The position numbers were made by a program, and so were the translations under genes. Below are positions 62,098 to 64,000 of a stretch of DNA of 64,000 nt, piece after piece; within the stretch, counting starts at the first letter, position 1, and every line of letters starts with the position of its first letter. The notes beneath the pieces were generated by a model. It had not been told where the DNA came from. It did not search any database and worked only from the letters and a program-made list of their open reading frames with translations. The DNA comes from a virus. Lineage: Duplodnaviria > Caudoviricetes. The stretch spans positions 25,557-89,556 of the IMG/VR virus record IMGVR_UViG_3300037471_001473; one strand, 5' to 3'.

Positions 62098-62556
62098 TCA
62101 GTCCTCGGAGATCGCCGTCGCGGTGGTCAGCTGCGGCGTCACGCCGCTGGACACGCTGATGTTGGGCGACACGGGACCGGCGTAGAGGATCTTGCCGGTG
62201 CCGCTGGAGGCGGTGCCCACCGAGAAGTGGGTGATGGTGTTCGAGCCGGCCGTGCAGGCGCCGAAGGTGATGGCCGACACGGGCTTGGCGGTGCTGTTGC
62301 CCGATCCGTCGGTCGCGCAGGTCCAGCCGCCGCTCGTGCGCGCCACGGCCACGCGGGCGTAGCCGGTATAGGTCGCTTCGGACGTGGTCTGCGAGGAGCC
62401 TTCCGTCGAGCCCGTCAGCGGGTCGGCGGTGTGCAGGGCCACCTGCAGGTTGGTCAGCGGGGACGTCGCGGCGTTGTCCGCGATGTTGGCGATTGCCACC
62501 GCCTGGAAGATGAGCTTCAGGATGTCGAGCTCGAAGGTATCGCTTTTACCGGCCAT
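62098..62556 (-). CDS. Conserved minor virion protein (LxVALHTADP...YARVAV family)
   Basis: LQVALHTADP, EATYTGYARVAV, ITFGAC, ITHFSVG, GKILYAG. Confidence 0.75.
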   Translation of the reverse strand: MAGKSDTFELDILKLIFQAVAIANIADNAATSPLTNLQVALHTADPLTGSTEGSSQTTSEATYTGYARVAVARTSGGWTCATDGSGNSTAKPVSAITFGACTAGSNTITHFSVGTASSGTGKILYAGPVSPNISVSSGVTPQLTTATAISED

Positions 62557-62575
62557 GTTGCGCTCCGTTCAGGGA

Positions 62576-63064
62576 TCAAGCCCGTTGGATGGGTTCACCA
62601 GGTTCAAACGTGCAGGACGACTCGCTCGTCGCGTATCCGACCACCTGCACGATCTGGCCGGAACCCGAAGGGGCGACTTGCGTCACCTCCCCCGGATTGG
62701 TGCTGAGGAACACGTCGCCCGGCACGAGCCCGGCGAGAAAATTCAGGTTGCCGCTGAAGTAGCAAGTTGCCTCGCTGCCTGCGTTGGCGCCGAAGGGGCA
62801 GAAGCCGTGGCACTTGTTGTCCAGCGAGCTCGCGTCCGCGCGCCGCACGACGAACTGCCCGTCGAGCATCCAGATGTTCACCAGCGAACCGGGTGTGAGG
62901 TCCTCGGAGGCGGTGAGCACCTTGGCGTCGATGCCACCAGGTGGGCCGGGCAGACCGCGGGGGCCGGTCTCGACTCGCCGGACAACGCGGGTTTCCCCGA
63001 CTACCTGTCCCAGAGTGGTCTGAGAGTAGCTTACCTGCCTAATTTCGACAAGTGTCAGGCTCAT
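62576..63064 (-). CDS. Cement/fibre-like protein with short collagen-like segment
   Basis: GPRGLPGPPGG then ASEDLTPGSLVNI...GLVPGDVFLS...IVQVVGYA. Confidence 0.6.
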   Translation of the reverse strand: MSLTLVEIRQVSYSQTTLGQVVGETRVVRRVETGPRGLPGPPGGIDAKVLTASEDLTPGSLVNIWMLDGQFVVRRADASSLDNKCHGFCPFGANAGSEATCYFSGNLNFLAGLVPGDVFLSTNPGEVTQVAPSGSGQIVQVVGYATSESSCTFEPGEPIQRA

Positions 63065-63387
63065 TTGGTCACCGCCTTGTCGATGACGACGGACATGGTC
63101 TCAGTGCGAGTGACCTCGCCGTTACCCTTCGTGCGCTTGATGTCCAGCAGCACGTAGCCCACCGGCCACTTGATGGTCACGGTCGGCCCCGCATTGAGCA
63201 CGTAGCGGCCCGGCACATCACCAGCGCTCACCGTCAGGTTGCACATCGCCGTGCCCACCGGATTGCGCACGGTGCACATGAGCTCGCTCGGGTCGAAGAT
63301 CTCGGCGGCGCCGTCGGCGCTGTAGTCAGCCCAGATCTCGAAGGTGTCGCCTTGCTTGATGGGTTCAAGCTGTTTGTAGTCGTTCAT
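63061..63387 (-). CDS. Small Ig/BppU-N-like structural protein
   Basis: IKQGDTF...YVLLDIKRT...VTRTET..VVIDKAVT; ATG 63387. Confidence 0.6.
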   Translation of the reverse strand: MNDYKQLEPIKQGDTFEIWADYSADGAAEIFDPSELMCTVRNPVGTAMCNLTVSAGDVPGRYVLNAGPTVTIKWPVGYVLLDIKRTKGNGEVTRTETMSVVIDKAVTK

Positions 63388-63821
63388 GCGCGCACCATGC
63401 TCCTGAACAGGTTGGCCAGGCTGTTGGGATCGTGACGCCACGGGTCAGGCAGGCCGAGCGCGTAGCAGATGGCGGTGGCGCAATTGAAGCGCTTTTCGCT
63501 CTCTGCCTTGAACGGACGGATCACATAGCCCAGCAGGCTCCACCAGTTGTACTTGCAGCCCTGATGGGACTCGAACCACACCAGGGCCGTGGTCAGCCGG
63601 TTGTCCCAGTAGCCGACGTCGACCACGTCCCAGTGGCCGCTGGTCAAGTCGATGACGGTCGAGCGCACGCCGCCGTCGCGCGGCGAGCTCGAATAGCACA
63701 CGCTCTCGGTGCGCGAGAGGTCGCACACCACGAGCTCGACATGCGAGTAGGGGCCGCGCATCCACGCTCGAATCAGGCGGTCGAACAACCGCCCCGGCCC
63801 CTTGTAGAAGGCCAGCCTCAC
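63384..63821 (-). CDS. Permuted papain-like (NlpC/P60 superfamily) protein
   Basis: GPYSHVELV (His first), KYNW..LLG, RFNCATAI (Cys second). Confidence 0.65.
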   Translation of the reverse strand: MRLAFYKGPGRLFDRLIRAWMRGPYSHVELVVCDLSRTESVCYSSSPRDGGVRSTVIDLTSGHWDVVDVGYWDNRLTTALVWFESHQGCKYNWWSLLGYVIRPFKAESEKRFNCATAICYALGLPDPWRHDPNSLANLFRSMVRA

Positions 63822-63940
63822 TTCGTGACCTCAGCGCGGATGGGCCGGCGGTTGGCCAGCTGCTGCAACTCCCACGCGGTCAGCGCGCGGCCGCTGAAGG
63901 CGTCAAGCCAGAGGGACCAGAACAGGATGATCGGGTTCAT
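63818..63940 (-). CDS. 40-aa hypothetical peptide (not in ORF track)
   Basis: MNPIILFWSLWLDAFSGRALTAWELQQLANRRPIRAEVTK*; coupled at both ends by overlapping start/stop codons. Confidence 0.55.
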   Translation of the reverse strand: MNPIILFWSLWLDAFSGRALTAWELQQLANRRPIRAEVTK

Positions 63941-63999
63941 TGCACACGCTCCAGGGCAGCCTTGCTGCCGGTCTTCTGGTTGGCCCCGCGGGCGCCGCC
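63937..63999 (-). CDS. C-terminal fragment of upstream gene (possibly portal)
   Basis: Open frame GGARGANQKTGSKAALERVQ* ending in ATGA overlap; identity is positional guess. Confidence 0.35.
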   Translation of the reverse strand, partial: GGARGANQKTGSKAALERVQ

Positions 64000-64000
64000 C

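Larger units (their letters stand above)
1..64000. mobile_element. Tailed dsDNA bacteriophage (siphovirus-type), partial genome
   Basis: Contiguous phage replication genes on + and head/tail/lysis genes on -, converging at ~29.97 kb; lambda-like tail-tip order M-L-K-I-J; no housekeeping host genes. Confidence 0.97.

Noticed and set aside
1-64000. tRNA genes, integrase/att sites, phage RNA polymerase
   Set aside because: No cloverleaf with T-loop/CCA in the short intergenic gaps and no recombinase or RNAP motifs seen; lifestyle cannot be fixed from this window.

Overview
The whole window is a large part of a high-GC (about two-thirds G+C by eye) tailed dsDNA phage genome with a siphovirus-type gene set. 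Two arms converge at about 29.97 kb. The + arm (1-29.96 kb) begins with small, mostly unknown and often acidic early genes, including a Bro-N-like ORF, a PEP-CTERM surface protein, a DR2231/MazG-like NTP pyrophosphatase and a KTSC protein. It continues with a replication, recombination and nucleotide module: SNF2-like helicase, AEP primase-helicase fusion, DnaQ/ExoX-like exonuclease, dATP/dGTP diphosphohydrolase-like protein, DksA/TraR, a full Pol I-like polymerase with a 5' nuclease domain, RecU-like nuclease, ATP-dependent ligase, an SbcD/SbcC-like pair, a MazG-like protein, dCMP deaminase and thyA. The - arm, read from 64 kb leftwards, carries an unusual 9.6-kb block upstream of the head genes: permuted papain-like protein, several beta-rich fibre-like proteins, a glycoside-hydrolase-like protein, a CxxCxxC protein and a 1440-aa Ala/Gly/Ser/Thr repeat protein. 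After it come an S49 protease with a nested scaffold, decoration and major capsid proteins, head-tail joining proteins, tail tube, G/GT chaperones with a -1 frameshift, tape measure, lambda-like M/L/K/I/J tail tip, tail fibre and lysis genes. Portal and terminase are not seen and probably lie beyond the right edge. I found no integrase, tRNA or CRISPR array. The most striking signals are a phage-borne exosortase substrate (PEP-CTERM) in a self-contained cassette and a head-module fibre/depolymerase cluster. Together they suggest a phage specialised on an EPS/floc-forming Betaproteobacterium (inference). All family assignments come from motif recognition by eye, not from database searches.
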